Part shown: piece by piece, positions 39,786 to 55,063 of the stretch
Layout: each line of letters starts with the position of its first letter
Numbering within the stretch: the first letter of the stretch is position 1
NCBI RefSeq assembly: GCF_009914755.1
Contig: NC_060929.1
Reading direction: 5' to 3' (one strand)
DNA: 64,000 bases
Source: the human T2T-CHM13v2.0 reference genome, Homo sapiens
Notes under the pieces: generated by a model
What the model saw: the letters and a program-made list of their open reading frames with translations, nothing else
Told to the model about the DNA's origin: nothing
Databases searched by the model: none
Program-made: the position numbers and the translations under genes

Positions 39786-41889
39786 CATAAGTGTGTTTTT
39801 CTTATATCCAGTAGTTTTAGTCACATATATTAATTACACATTTAACTCATAGTAACCCTAATTTCCAGAGAAAAAACAAGGAATTATGTAATTTTGAACT
39901 GTTTTTAACTAGGATTTGTCAATAAGAACTATTTCATAATCTTTTTAGAAAAACATTTTCTTATTAACAGATGTCAATATATTTACCTTTTTTATACCAT
40001 ATAAAAAGATATTGTCAAAGTATAGAAACTTAAATGTATGTTAAACAATTAAAGTTTCAGTATTTTTACATACTTAGGAATGACTCAGACATTTTATAAT
40101 TATATATCACTTAATTTAACGTAACATGACCTTAACTTTTTAAATTATTGAAAAAGAATTTTGAAACTATTATACAGGTCCTCTCTCTAACGTCTTCTCC
40201 AGTTGCCTGGCGTCTCAAGTTTCTATGGGGCACCGTAGGATGGCTATAAAGAGCAAGGCCCATCTGGGTCCTAATTTATACACCAAGTTTAGAGCCCAGG
40301 ACAGAGAATAGCATCGTGATGAGGATGTCTGTAGGATCAGGCTCCTTCTACCATGACCAGGAGGCAAAATGGGCCAGGGAGAAATGGGTCATATGAGGCT
40401 TGATTCTGGCTTTTAGCCGGTGAGATGCTGAGCATTTTCCCCCAGGCCTTACCATGTTTACCCATCCAGATTCCAGAATCTATAGGCTCAAATTCTATGT
40501 TATAAGCTCACAGATAAATTGAGCAAATATTTTAAAAATTATATAAATATTACAGTTGTATCACCTTAAAACATCTATAAGAGACAGTATCAACTTGCTT
40601 AACCAATAGACACAGGCAAAAATGTCTAAATTTAATTATGAAGTTGTTTCTATTTATTTTACCAACAATTTAAAAATGACCTTTATTTGCCAAGGATAAC
40701 TAATGTCACATAAACATGAAAATCATTTGGCTAGTTATTTAATTTATTAGTAGTCTTTTTATTATAAGCCAGTTTGGGGCCCTAGAAAATATAAAAGCAA
40801 ACATGCATGCACATGTATACACAAAAATAAAGACAGATATAAGTAAAGAGCTTATAGTTTTAGTTTCAAAATTTTAGCCGCAAGTCGGGTAAAACTCATT
40901 AGTTTAAAAGGATAGGTGGATTTCAACTGTGCCTGTGTAAATGAAAAAAAAAAACAAAAAACAAAAAACATGGCTGAAAACTTTACTGAGTTTTAGAGAA
41001 ACAGGGGAGCAAATTTACATCTCCAAGAAGAGAGAGAGAGACAGAGAATTTAGGATTTTTTCAGGAAGGCATTTGGGTGTATCGGAGGAGGATTAAAAAT
41101 AGATGTCAAGGTAACACAAAATCATAGAAATTTACCATAGGACTTTATAAGGAGACCAATCTAACATGCATAGGTAGCTTTTAATTCAGTGTCTGTTTTG
41201 CAAGCTGACCACTGAGCTCAAGGTTGCTCTTCATTAAAGAACAGATCCAACAAACCATTTGCAGTTTTTAGGGTCTAGTAGTTTAAATATGTGAAAAGCA
41301 GGCACAGTTGGAAGGCAGAATATTTAGATTTTTAAAAATCAAAGATTTTACTTTTACACAAAATCCCTTGTCCCCCAAAACAGGGAAAAGTCATGGGCCT
41401 GGGCTGCACAATACATTCGCAGTACACTTTACTACAAGGTCATTTCTCTAAGGGTTTAAATCATACATTTCTCATCTAAATGTACAAATAAATGAGTAGC
41501 CCTCTGTACTAATAACTATTTATTATAAACAATGGCCCTCAGACACCTCCAAAAGTGCAGTTCTCACCAGTGACTCACCAGCCCTCATACACAGGAAGGT
41601 CAACTTCTATTTCTCAGTACAAAGTAATCTCTGATAACCTCAAAAGCCAAAAAGATAAAGTAAAGCAATCCAAAAGAAAGTTTAGTTTTAGACTTGAGAG
41701 AAATGTGTCCAGGACTCTTTAGACTCCACTGACAGATCTCAAAAAGGAGTCATTGGTGCATTTTCTGTGTTTCATAAGGAGTCTGCATTATTAGATGTCC
41801 ATCCTAGTACCTTTAATATAGTACAGAATATGGCGAGGAGGAAGAAAGAGTAGGGAGGAGTAGAAGTAAATGAGAGAACCAACATTTCC

Positions 41890-42519
<630 letters not shown>

Positions 42520-43006
42520 CTGAGAACAATTCTTGAGAAAGAAAGTGAACAGAGGGCTCAAGCACATAATTAAAAAAGGATTTCAGTCCACTGGAAAAAA
42601 AATCCAAAAACAGGATCCAAAGGAAAAAAAAAAGATACACCTTTAAATATATATATATATTCAATATACATATATCTTATATTTTTATATATCAAGATAT
42701 ATCTATACATCTAAATAGATATATAGATGTATAGATATAGCTTGAATACCAGCTTGTACATATATTTATTCAAGATATATATATATATACACACACACAC
42801 AATGTATCTTATATCTTGAGTATCAGCTTTCAATTAAGCTGACTTTTCATCATAGAGTTCTTTAAAACAAAATCCTTTCAAATCTCTTATTATCACAGTT
42901 TAGTTGAGACAAACACTGACATTTCTGGGTTTTTGGTGTATACTTTTCCAAAAGCAGTATCTCACAATGTCAAGCATTACACAAATATCGAACTAGAAGG
43001 AACAAG

Positions 43007-43077
43007 TTCCCTGACCAGAAATTGAACCCAGGCCATGGCTATGATATTGCCAAATCCTAGTCACTAGATTACAGGGT
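43007..43077 (-). pseudogene. tRNA-Glu-derived relic inside the ERV internal region
   Basis: Minus strand accctgtaatctagtgactaggatttggcaatatcatagccatggcctgggttcaatttctggtcagggaa aligns end to end with tRNA-Glu (TCCCTGGTGGTCTAGTGGTTAGGATTCGGCG...GGGTTCGATTCCCGGTCAGGGAA). Many differences are CpG decay and the anticodon is mutated. Confidence 0.8.
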
Positions 43078-43635
43078 GAAGTGCCATTTTTTCCCCTTCA
43101 TTTTTATTTATTTTTTATTCTTTGTAGATTTTGCATAGGATCCAAACCTGGCAGCTTGAACATTTAAAGGATTTTAACTTATTTCAGATCTGATCTCGGC
43201 TAGAATGCTGCTTAGCTAATTTCCTGGATGTTAGCATTTCAACATCTGTGTAAGTCATTAGTCCTGATTTAGAAAAAAATTTTTGCTCTGCATTTTTATA
43301 ATCTCAATAGTTTTATTTTCATTTATGTCCCCCTTTTAGACTATTAATTGTTTAATTACCTGTCTTACTGCCCTAAGCAATTGTCAGCTAGACAATGAAG
43401 GTGTATTTTGGAGACCCATTTTGTTCATTGGGTAGTCTTTCTAATTGAGCAAAGAATGGCGTGACAATCAGGTAGTCCCCAGAACCATAAGAAGTTTGTA
43501 GCAACTCTGGGACTACCACAATAGTGTCAGAGAGGGAAACAAAGACCTGGGTAATGACATCCAGGTAGTGGTGAGAGATATCTTTTGTTTACCTCCTAAA
43601 TGGAAGCAATTTTCTCAGGATTTGTAAAGTGCATG

Positions 43636-43791
43636 CCCCTTCACTTTCTGCCATGATTTTAAGTTTCCTGAAGCCTTCCCAGCCATACTTCCTGGACAGC
43701 CTATGGAACTGTGTGCCTATTACATTCTTTTCTTTATAAATTACCCAGCCTCAGGTAGTTCTTTATAGCAATGCAAGAATGGACTAATACA
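43636..43791 (+). mobile_element. 3' half of an MSTA-like MaLR LTR
   Basis: ttctgccatgattttaagtttcctgaagcc...aattacccagcctcaggtagttctttatagcaatgcaagaatggactaataca. Confidence 0.85.
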
Positions 43792-44511
43792 GCTGGTGTG
43801 GATAAATCTAACACATTTTGAAGTAGAACTCAGACATCGTTGAAAGATAAAAATGTTTTGTTCATTATATCTACACTATAGCATTTTATCCTTTGGCCAG
43901 TAAGTAATTACATTTTATATTTTAATATGTAAAATACTGTTCTGACCACCAATATATGGGCTATTGATTCTGTTATTGTAATTATTTAATTAAAATGGGC
44001 TTGCTAATTTTATAAACATCTCTGCCTTTTATCAACAATCCATTTGAATTTATTGTATTAGGAACATTTTTAAAAAAATCTTGGTGACATAGAGCTAGAG
44101 CCTTGGTGAACGTATCAGAAATTAGAAAGTACATCTGGTGCACATTCTCAAAAAGGGCATTTGGGGCTAATTATTTTTTAAAAAGAGTGCCAATTTTATC
44201 AAACACATACAAAAGAAAAGCTATTATGTTTATATTTTCCTTTACTTATTACCTTTATTTGGTTTGTTTATAGAAAGAGATAATTGATTCCAGTGGATGT
44301 GTAAGACTAACCTAGACATACGATCCTTCCTTTATTTATTCCTTAAATAACTGCTTTTGGATAAACTATGATATTTCAAAATCCTCATTATGAAAATATT
44401 AGGATGAAAATTCAAGTGGCTCAAAGATTCAAAGGTCTAGAGCACCTCACACCTTATTGTTACTCCCCTGAAATTTCACTTAAAATTTTAGATTTGTATT
44501 ATTTCTACAGT

Positions 44512-45073
44512 CTGGGGAAAAGATTCCATGTTGTTTCCCATAATAATCCCTCCTGATTAAAAACTATCCTCATGGGTATGGGCAGGACCTGTGATTTGCT
44601 TTTAATTAATACATTTACTGGCGAGGGGATATCAGTCCCATGATTATGTTATATTAGATAAAAGTGTGTCTTGCTATCAGGTGCTGACTAGAGATTCTCC
44701 TTGTTGGTATGATCATGTCAAAGGCCATGATGGGAAATCCACATGGCAAGAAACTGCAGGTAGTCTCTAGAAATGGAAGACAGCCTGTAGGAGTTGAGAG
44801 GGTTATCTCTAGACTACAGTGACAAAGAAGTGGGGCCTCAGTCTTCCAGCATCAATAAAACAAATTTTGCCAACAAACTGAGTGAGAAGGGAGCTGACCC
44901 TTACCCATTCAAATCTTCAGATGAGATCCCTGCCCTGGCCAACATCTTGATCAGAGCTTTGCTAAGCCATGACCAGCCAACTGGACTACAGAAACTATGA
45001 AATAATAACTGCTTTTGGTATAATCCACTAAGTTTGCGGTAAATTGTTAAAGAGGAAGAGATAACTGATAACA
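44512..45073 (+). mobile_element. MaLR LTR, MLT1E-like
   Basis: gggcaggacctgtga, ccacatggcaagaaactg, ggggcctcagtc, cttcagatgaga; ends gataactgataaca. Confidence 0.75.
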
Positions 45074-46253
45074 TGTAATTTATTGGAATATTTTTATGCA
45101 TGCATCATTGAACTAAATGATGTTAACAATTTGTTAAAGGTCTCTGTAAAATGTTTAATATAAGATTTTGAGAATAGAACCACCTCTCTTTTATAGGGTA
45201 GTATAGTCGTTCTTTCTGACATACTTTTTGAGCTGTTTGTTGACTTTACAAAGAATATTGAAAATGCTAATAGTAAGTATTTTTGCTTGAATTCTAAACA
45301 GCTGGCTGCATTAACAATTGGAATGAAATTGAAATTGATTTAAGTTAGATTTGAGAGATTCTTAAAATTTCAAAAGCCTCTAAAATTATATTGATTAATA
45401 ATTAATTTTTTTAGTTTTATAATTAAGGTTGACATTTAGTAAGATTTTTCAGAAGTGCTACCCTTGAGTATATATAAATTTAAATATATGTAACCATTTA
45501 ATTAACTTTATGCACTTCCTAGTGAGCTTTGCCTTCCTCTTACTTCAATAATGTCCAAAATAAGATATTTGTATTCCCAAATTATAATAAATGTCTTATC
45601 TTTATTTGATAATGCTTCATATCTCATTTGGATCACCTCATAATTAAAGCCAAAATATGTTTTAAGATTCTAATGTTTTTCTACTCTCCTTAATATAATC
45701 TTCAATTTAGCAATATTGTATGAATGGATACTAGTATATATCTAATATATACAGCCACATTTCTTAGTTGACTAATCATTGTCCATTAAACTTGTAAAAA
45801 TTATTGGAAACATAAATATTTGATAATTATATAATTAAGTATATAAATGCATAATAAGTTATATTTCTATAACAGTTTAGACTTTATAAAACACTTTTAA
45901 GTCATTCAAATTCTGAGTCGCATGAGGCCTCTGTGAGATAAATATATTTATAACAATCTTCACTCCATCTATGTGGGGACAGCAGATAGAGTAGAAAGAG
46001 GGAATGAACAAATAGAGTAAGCATATATTAGGGACTTGGCACAATGTTGTACAACTGAAGAAACCAAAAAATTGAAAGTTGTCCAAGTCATGAATAATTA
46101 ATATTTGATTAATTCTGAGTTTTAATTCTCTGTTTTTTCCATCCCTTCTTTGTATAGTTCTGATTGCCTTGCCTGAGGGTATTTCCCCATCTATGATTTA
46201 CTGGGCTACAGAACCTGCCATCACTAAAATTAGCTAAAGCGTATAAACCACAA

Positions 46254-46733
46254 CAGCTGATACTTGAACAATGTGGGAGTTAGAAGTGCTGGTCTCCCAT
46301 ATGGTAAAAAAATATATATATGTATAACTTTTGACTCCTCCCAAATCTTAACTGCTAATAACATGCTCTTGGCCAGAAGCCTTACCCATAATATAAACAG
46401 TTAACACATATTTTGTATGGTTATATGTATTAGATACTGTATTCTTATAATAAAGTAAAAACATGTTATTAAGAAAATCATAAGGAAGAGAAGATATATT
46501 TACTATTGATTAGGTGGAAGTGGATCATCATAAAAGTCTTCCTTCTCCTCAGCCTCTTTCATCCTCCTCCTGAGGGGAAGAGTTGGTCTTGCTGTCTCTA
46601 GGCAAGGCAGACATAGAAGGGATAGGCAGGAGAGGCAGGAGAAGCAGGATCACTCAATTTATCTTTTATTTAAAAAAAATTGAGTATAAGCAGATTTGTG
46701 CAATTCAACTCTGTATTGTTGAAGGGTCAGTTA
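46254..46733. mobile_element. Tigger2a-like DNA transposon
   Basis: TIR-like ends cagctgatacttgaacaa...ttgttgaagggtcagtt; internal ataacttttgactcc and ggaagtggatcatcataaa. Confidence 0.8.
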
Positions 46734-49044
46734 CATATATGTATTGCCAGATGCTGAAAAAGCAGACAGCCATGGCATACTCATCCTTCTAGAAATGTAT
46801 AATTTATCTGGACAGACAGAAATGCGCCTACATATATTAGTGAGCCAATCAGGTTTTCTCTAAGGGTACAATGACATGTGCAGCCTTCTGCCGTGCCATT
46901 GTACAAAACGTTTCTTTCATACTGTACGACATGCTTTTCATCCTTATCAACAGTATTGAATTGCCCTATCATTATGAAATAAAACTTCAAAATATCATTG
47001 TAGAATATATTTCTCAAAAACATCAAACCAAATTGGCATTTTAAAAAAGTAGTCATTCTCTCACCAACAAATTAAACTAAATTAATTTAGCTTCATATTC
47101 ATAGTTGTGATTACAGGAGTGTGGAGGAGGGAAGAAGTGAATTCTAGAATGTATAATCAGGAATAATATGTAACTTGGAATCAAGAGTACAAAAGATGAA
47201 ACTCTAGCCCTTAGAAGAAATACAGAGAAATCTGAGTTTATTTGGGGACCAAAAATGTAAAATTAAATTCAGTTTAAAAATGTACTGAATGCCTATCGTG
47301 TGCCACCTCCACGCTTGTGTTAGTAATTATAAAGGTAAGTCACGACTTCTGATATTGAGGTGTTGACAGCATAGAGGGGAAAAATCACAAATAAAATTTA
47401 AAATAAGTTTATTATTTAAATAATATATGACTGTTATGCAAAAGGCTAACAGGACATCCTAGCAGTCTGGAAAAGGTCTTAAGTAGTACTTATGGACTCA
47501 GGCTTGAAGGATACATAAAATTTATTCAGGCAAATAAGTGGGAAGGAAGTGTTGGTTAGTGTTAGTAAGAAAAAGGCACGGGAAAGAGAAATCTCTGTGA
47601 GGAACTCTTAAATGTTCTGTGTTATCAGAGTACATATTTCCAGAGGGGAGAAAAATAATATGATATTGAAGGGCTGGAGGGGTTTACCATGGGAAGCATA
47701 TATTGAATTGTGTAATTCTATAAAAATATATAGAATAATAGATAATACTTCAATAAAAGATTGACCTAGGCAACTTTGTGTTTTGTAATTATCATTGCAA
47801 TTGTTGAAAGCATTTTTAACACAGGCAAAATGAGATAATGAGAAAATATCAGCTACCATTTACAAACATAACTTACCATGAAATCTCTCCTTTTTCTGTT
47901 ATTAACTTAATTTACATATAAGAGACTGTATATAATTAACTTGCCCAAGGTTATTAGCACAAACAAAACTCATTTCTAGGTTTCTTCTGCTTTCACAAAT
48001 AGCTTTTGCTCTAAACTCTCTGCCAGACTTTCTCCATGAAGCTAGGAATTAAGTGGGAAATTATGGTAATAATTGAGAGAAATAATAACAACTTGAATTT
48101 AGGCATACCTACTATGGATGGAAACAGAATAACAAAACTGAGAAATGTTAAGGACTTAAAATCCTAGTAAAAAGGTCAAGATTCTGGAATGAGTCTGGTT
48201 ACTGGCCTAAATAATAGAGATGCTAAGTAATGACATTAACGGAAACGAGGAACACAGGGAGAGGAAGTGCTGAGTCACATTTAAGTCATTTTAAAGCTTA
48301 TCAGATATCCAGGAAGACATATGAAGTAGACTGTAGAACTTGATGGGCATGCGGCTTTAAGAACAACAATAGAAACCTTTTGATGTATCTTTATCTTGTA
48401 ATTGAATGTTTTCTCAACTCCCTGGACTGTATTGAAACCTGACTGTATGAAGTCCAATAGTGACATCATAATCTTTCCTCCTCTTTCTCATCTCAAGAAC
48501 ACTTCTCTGCTATTTTCTTCAAGGGTCTAGAGTAATGTTTTGCCACTGCTCTCCACTCATAAAAGACTTTGACATATGGCTCATAACCTTCCCCAGAACC
48601 CAACCTTCCCTGGCCCCCATCAGTCTAAGTTATTTCACCTTTTATTAAAAATTAAATTATTTAAAAATTGAATAAACTCAAAATTTATTCAAAAATTCAC
48701 TATGAAGAACATACAATAGATCAGGAATTGTTCTCCTTGAAGCATGGAATATAATGGTCACGACTACAGAAGGTTAGAGTTTATCCAGAGGGTAATTGAA
48801 AGCAATTAGGGGCCTTTTAAGAAAAGTTATTGAACATTTTATCAGATTTGCATTTAAGAAAGATCACCCTTTCTGAGGTGTAGAGAATGAATGGAAGGAA
48901 CCTGCATTACAGAAAAATGGCAGTTTTGAAGAAGTATGGATGTGCTACTAATCTGTGAGTGTGAAGAAATAACTCCGTTGGCTGGAATTATTGAGGAATA
49001 GGGGCCTACGGACTATTGTTTTATTTTTATTTTGTGTTATTTAC

Positions 49045-49413
49045 TGTATTAGTTCATTTTCATGGCTGCTACGGAGAAGGACCCAAGACTGGGTAATTTA
49101 TAAAGAAAAAAAGGTTTAATTGACTCACAGTTCCACATTGCTGAGGCCTCAGAAAACTTACAATCATGGTGGAAGGCAAAAGAGAAGCAGGCACCTGCTT
49201 CACAGGGGTGGCAGGATGGAGTGAGTGTGAGCAGGGGAAATGCCAGATGCCTATAAAATCATCAGATCTCAGTGAAACTCACTTCTTGTCATGAGAACAG
49301 CATAGGGGAAACAACCCCCATGATCCAGTTACCTCCACCTGGTCCCATCCTTGACACATGGGGATTATAATTCAAGATGAAATTTTGGATGGGGATACAG
49401 CCAAACCATATCA
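49045..49413 (-). mobile_element. THE1D/MSTA-like solo LTR
   Basis: tgtattagttcattttca...gactgggtaatttataaagaaaa...cagccaaaccatatca. Confidence 0.9.
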
Positions 49414-49994
49414 GTTGTAGACAAAAAAAACCTACCCATTTTCCCCGCTTAGGAAAATTCTCTACTTACTTCTTACAATACTTAAAAAAAAAATCTTCTA
49501 CTTAACAGAAACAAAATAAAATATTAAATATGATGTAACTTATGAAGGTATATAGATACTACATGGTGTTTATGTTACACATAACTTTTATTGTAAATAC
49601 TTTTAGTGTAAATAACTGCCTAGACAAGTAAATTATTCTTGCTAGGTAACCTGCACTAGCCAAACTCATGCCTGCAGAAGACTGACTCCCAATGAATTAA
49701 ATAAAACAAAATGATGTCGTGGAGCATCTCCAAAGCCAGAGAGAGGATAATGGATAAGTACTCTTGGCCTGCAATGTTCACGAACACAGAGAAATTTCTT
49801 TTTTTCTACAAAGCCAAATAGGTTAAAAAGAATTACAAAAAGTGTCACATAGTAGTTGCTGATTATAAATGGAAGAACAGCTTTTAAAATATGTGTGTAC
49901 TTTACAAAAGCCTACTATATATTAATCGGTGTCTTTAAACATCCATTTACCAGGTAAGTAATCACAGAAGAATGTTTCTGTGTATGTGCTTATT

Positions 49995-49999
<5 letters not shown>

Positions 50000-50045
<46 letters not shown>

Positions 50046-50062
50046 CCATGCACGCACATGCG
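50000..50062. repeat. (AC)n microsatellite with an RY extension
   Basis: About 20 AC units, then gcacccatgcacgcacatgcg. Confidence 0.95.
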
Positions 50063-52694
50063 TATTCTACTACATGGTGCAGAGACATTGGGATTTTGAA
50101 TCCTGTGATTTGGATTCAAGAATTCTTCCATTTACCAAGTTTGGGAATTTACTTAACTAACTTAGTTCATCGGGGAGGGCAACTTTAAACACAAAAACGA
50201 AAATTGTATAATGACTCAAGCACAGTAGAACTTTGTCTATTGCTTGTGAAATTGTAATGAGTGGGTGAACATGAATGGGGTAGTCTTCCTCCATTTGGTC
50301 ATTTAGGTAGCCAGGTGGAAACTAGGCAGCAGCCAAAGCTCTACCAGTTTTAAAATATGGCTTCCTAGGTTTCCTTGGAAGTTCTCTCTGTTTAAACCAG
50401 AAGAGAAAAACATAGAAAATGCCATATGCAACACACGTTAACTGGGACTGGAGGTGACACACATCCTCTGTACACATATATTAAAATTTATACTCTGTTG
50501 ATCCAGTTTAGTCATTTGGACACTATTAGTTATATGGGAAGCTGATAACAGTAGTTAGAAAGCCAACTAAACAAAGCAAATAAACAGATAAATAAAATGT
50601 GCATGTGAATGAGCTGTTATTAGTTTCTGCCTCCTTGCCAAGACTACTTTTTTTCATGTGTAAACTTCTCATATTAATTCCTCATACGAATGTTATGAGA
50701 ATCAAAGTCAACTAATATATCTAAGAGTTTGGCACTTTATAGTTGCCAAATTGTAGTTGTTTTTACTTTTACTTTGTCATCAAATACACAAATAAAGAAG
50801 CATCATTTTTCGATGGCTGATAGCAATATATTCCCCACCAGTACATCATGTGCATTGAAAATCCACATTTACAGTCACTGTACATTTATTCTAAAAAATG
50901 TTGAAAAAATCATGGGGGTTTTAATTATGAACAATTCACTAATTGTTTTTCAAGGATATTTCTAACTCTCTTACAATGGCAGTGCTTTGGGAAAATTATG
51001 AAAGATTTAAGGCTCTGTTTAGTTTGTTTCTATGCTAGAACATCTTCCTTAGATCTTGCCCACGTAGGAGTGGGCAAAATGAATCCAGTCTTCCAAATTT
51101 CAGAAGAAGCAGGGGCTTTGTGTCAAATTTATCTTTATGAAGATCTCAAGTTTGAAGACTCATTGCCTTTGGTTCCAGAGAATTACATCATCAGGTTGGC
51201 TACTTGGCTATTTTATACGTGTAAAGCTTCTCCACATGAATAATGGAAAAGCAGCCATATCTGATCTAGCTCAAGCCAATGAAAATTTGGCTTAATATTT
51301 CGTGGGTTTGGTAAACTTGATGAACTTACAACCTCTAAACACAATAACTAAGGTCTTTAGTTAATGGTTATTATAAAGCAGTGTTATCCAGTGCAATCAT
51401 TTCAAAACAGCCATGAAATGATAATTAATAAAGATTCATATTATAACAAAATATGGAAAAAAACATTTCTGAAGTTAAAAAATTAACAGCTAAAATCCAA
51501 CTTCTCTACAAAATTCACAGAACCTCTGAAAAGAAGCATTCATTTATAAAAAAAAGAATTTCTTCAATCACTGGGTAATATGTTTTAGGAAGAAAAATAC
51601 TAGGGCTATTGTGCTTCCCTCTATTTTATCATCAGATTTATGTTTTGTAAGTGAGTCATATTAAGGTTTGAAGAGAACATTAAATTTGGTAGGGCAATTT
51701 TGACGGATAATCTAAGTTTTTATATAGTGAGATATAGTCAATGCACATTTGAAATTGCTTCTGCTCATAATTTGTTCAGACAGTTGTACAACTGAACACT
51801 TTCAGGTATCTAATATCCAAATTTAAATTAGAGACCATTGAGCAAATGGACTTATGCCAGAAATTGATAAAAATTGATTGAATAAATCATATTTTATAAA
51901 ATAATTATTTAGGTCTTAGGTTGAACAAATATATATTTTTACAATATCCTTGGAAATGACACTTCATTTCAAACTGTTGAATACACTCCACTACCTCAAT
52001 TTGAACCTGACATACAAATAGTAATCTCTTATTAGACATTTTTAGTTAGGAAAATAGAAACCAATCTAGATAGATCAAAAAAGGAAGTTTAAATTCAAAT
52101 ATTCGGATACATGTAAAACTGTTGGGAGAGCTGAAGAGATGAAGATAAGGAAAAAATCTCTGCTAGCATCAGAAATAGCATAAAAAAGCCCAAGAGCAAG
52201 CTGGTGATGGTTACGATTCTCAACATACTGTGGGAGAGTTTCAGGCAATCACTCAGAAGCCCCTGAAAAATTTCTGAATCTTGATTCTGCTGAATCAAGA
52301 CACCACCAGAATTGCAACATATGCCTATTGTTTCTCTTGCATTTTTCAAATATTCCATTGGCAAAATATAACCTAGCAACTCTTGCTAGGATTAAATATG
52401 CAACCATACTTGTATTATTTTTTTAAAAATATTTTTATTCTATTTGTGAATTCCTGGATGAATGTTAAGCTATATGCTCTACTTTGATATTTCCATTTCC
52501 AAAAATAATTGAATATCTACATATCAATTATTTAATAAACAATTCCTTCACAGATATTTGATATGCTGTCAGTTTGATACCTTAAGTAGTTTTAAAAATT
52601 GTCCATTTGGATATCTTTGTGAGCCATTTATTCAGATCCATTGTTAAATCTGCAGTTTGTTGATACAAACATACATCATTAAAATTGTTGGAGC

Positions 52695-52992
52695 AGCCAG
52701 GCGCAGTAGCTCCCACTTGTAATCCCAGAACTTTGGGAGGCAGAGGTGGGTGGAACACCTGAGGTCAGGAGTTCGAGACCAGCCTGGCCAACATGGTGAA
52801 ACCCTGTCTCTACTAAAAATACAAAAAAAAGTAGCTGGGTGTGGTGGCAGGCCCCTGTGATCCCAGGTACTCAGGAGGCTGAGGCAGGAGAATCGCTTGA
52901 ACCTGGGAGGTGGAGAATGCAGTGAACCGAGATCAAGACACTGTACTCCAGCCTGGGCAACAAGAGCAAAATTCTGTCTCAAAAAAAAAAAA
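52695..52992 (+). mobile_element. Alu, AluSq-like
   Basis: Full dimer ending ggcaacaagagcaaaa...ctc plus an A tail; TSD aaaattgttggagc/aaaattgttgtagc. Confidence 0.95.
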
Positions 52993-54830
52993 GAAAAATT
53001 GTTGTAGCCGCATGATACTTTAGTACATCTCAGGGAAAGTCTCCTTAAAATATTTTTATTCCTATTTCTCCTGTTTCTTTTTCATGAAGATACAGTTTTT
53101 TTAAGCTTTTGTTGGAACTTCTATATTTTTTCAAGTTCTCCAATACAATGTATTTTTACTGGGATTATAATTTTATACAATAGCTCTATTTATTGTACGT
53201 ATTTTAATTAATTGTTATCTTTCTTGTGATCAACCTTATATTTCCTTTTAAGTAAGGCAACTTGAGCTACTTAGTCATATATCTAACAAATTTTATATAT
53301 TTAAAATATATGGATCAGTGAGTTTTGGAAAATATACAGTCATGTAACACCACCACAATCAAAACATGGAACATTTGAATCACACACACACAAAAATGTT
53401 CTACTGTTCTTTGCAGTACGTCCATCGACCCTCTGATTTTTGTCCTCGCAGTATTGCCTATTCTAGAATATAGCAAATGGAATCATATAGCACCTTACCT
53501 TTTGTGTTTTGCTTGCTATGCTTACCATTACACATTTACTCTCAACATTACAATTTATCACTGAGTATTATATTGTAGAGAAACACCACTCTTTGTTTAT
53601 CCATTGACAAGCTGAGGCATTTTTTTTTCTCATGTGGCATGTATTAAGTTTATTCTTAGGTATTTTATGTTATGTATTATACTATTGCTACATAATCTCC
53701 CTGATGAGAAGAATTTTGTGCATCCTATAGAACATGTTCTGACACATAGTAATCTTTCAAAATGTTGAATAAATCAATGAATGAGTGATCATTGATAATA
53801 ATGTATTTTTTCTTGTGACCTGCATTTGTTTTGACTCCCTAAAATTAGTGAACTATATAACAAATGTTTATTAATTTTAATAGCTTTTCAGTTAATTCTC
53901 TTCCTTTTGCTAGAGAGAACATTCTATATCTTCTTTTTCAATGGCCACATATCTGATGTCTTATTGTATTTTTCAGAACTTAATAATTACTATAATATAA
54001 AAGCAAGAAAATGTGTAAAGAGCATACTTTAAATTACAGAGATAAATGATTGATTTAAAAATACTCAAAAACTCAAAATTTTTCATTTTACTTCTATCAG
54101 TAATAGGGCAAAATAAAATATATCACAATTCAATAGACAATGTCTCTAACCTTTTACTATTATTTCTCTAATAATTTATGATTCATAGTTAAATATACAT
54201 TTCATTTTAAATAATCAAAAGTCTATCAGCAGATAAATTGATGATACACTATAATAATTTTTTCCATTTTTAAATGCAATGCCAATTAATTACTGAGAGG
54301 TATTTTTTAACTTCACATGTTGAGAAGATTCCCAAGAATACTGTAGTCGTGCTACTTTAAAAAATAAACAAACAAAAATGACAGAGAAAAACGTATATAC
54401 AATTCTAATCACCATGCCCATGTTTTCATGTTTTAAATAATTACATTTACTCTTCTGTAACATGGTGTCGTCTATTAAATAAATTATTGAACACAGGGTT
54501 TGCACACCTTTGGTTTTGATGATAAGAGCAGAAAAATTACAGTACTAGTTGTATATCCTTATACAATAAATCTTTCACTTCATTTGTTTCAAATTTTCAT
54601 ATAAAATTTAATTTAGAATTCAAAGACTGACTTTCATAATTTTATCAAAATAATATAAATGTGTCATAATAAGTTAATACTATAAAATGCAGTCTTCTCA
54701 TTTATAATCTATTAGTCTCAATAGAGTTAGTTTAATTCTCCTTGAATTCTTGATAGCTGTGTGTTTGCTCTATATATTCTTATGAAAGAATGTGATGTAA
54801 AAAGTGATATTAAAAGTGTCCTCTCAGATT

Positions 54831-55063
54831 GGATGTGAGGGCAATCTGGCTGCAACATCTGTCACCCCATTGATTGCCAGGGTTGATTCGGCTGATCTGG
54901 CTGGCTAGACGCATGTCCCCTTCCTCCCTCACTGCTCCATGTGTGTCCTTCATGAAGCTGCACACGCGGTTGAAGAGGACAACCGTCCCCGATAAAGGAC
55001 TACCGGTCAAGGGTATAGGAGTAGCTGCGCTCCCCTGCTGGAACCTCCAAACAAGCTCTCAAG
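54831..55063 (+). pseudogene. 7SK snRNA processed pseudogene (RN7SKP-type), 3'-truncated
   Basis: Begins at the 7SK 5' end (ggatgtgagggc.atctggctgc.acatctgtcaccccattgat) and matches through gaacctccaaacaagctctcaag. No 3' hairpin and no poly(A). Confidence 0.95.

Noticed and set aside
42645-42802. TA-rich quasi-palindromic tract
   Set aside because: Degenerate (TA)n/(CA)n simple repeat; its self-complementarity is trivial.
49945-49962. Consensus splice donor cag|gtaagt (another at about 47332)
   Set aside because: No convincing paired acceptor or coding frame; such matches are expected by chance in 64 kb. A lncRNA exon cannot be excluded without RNA data.
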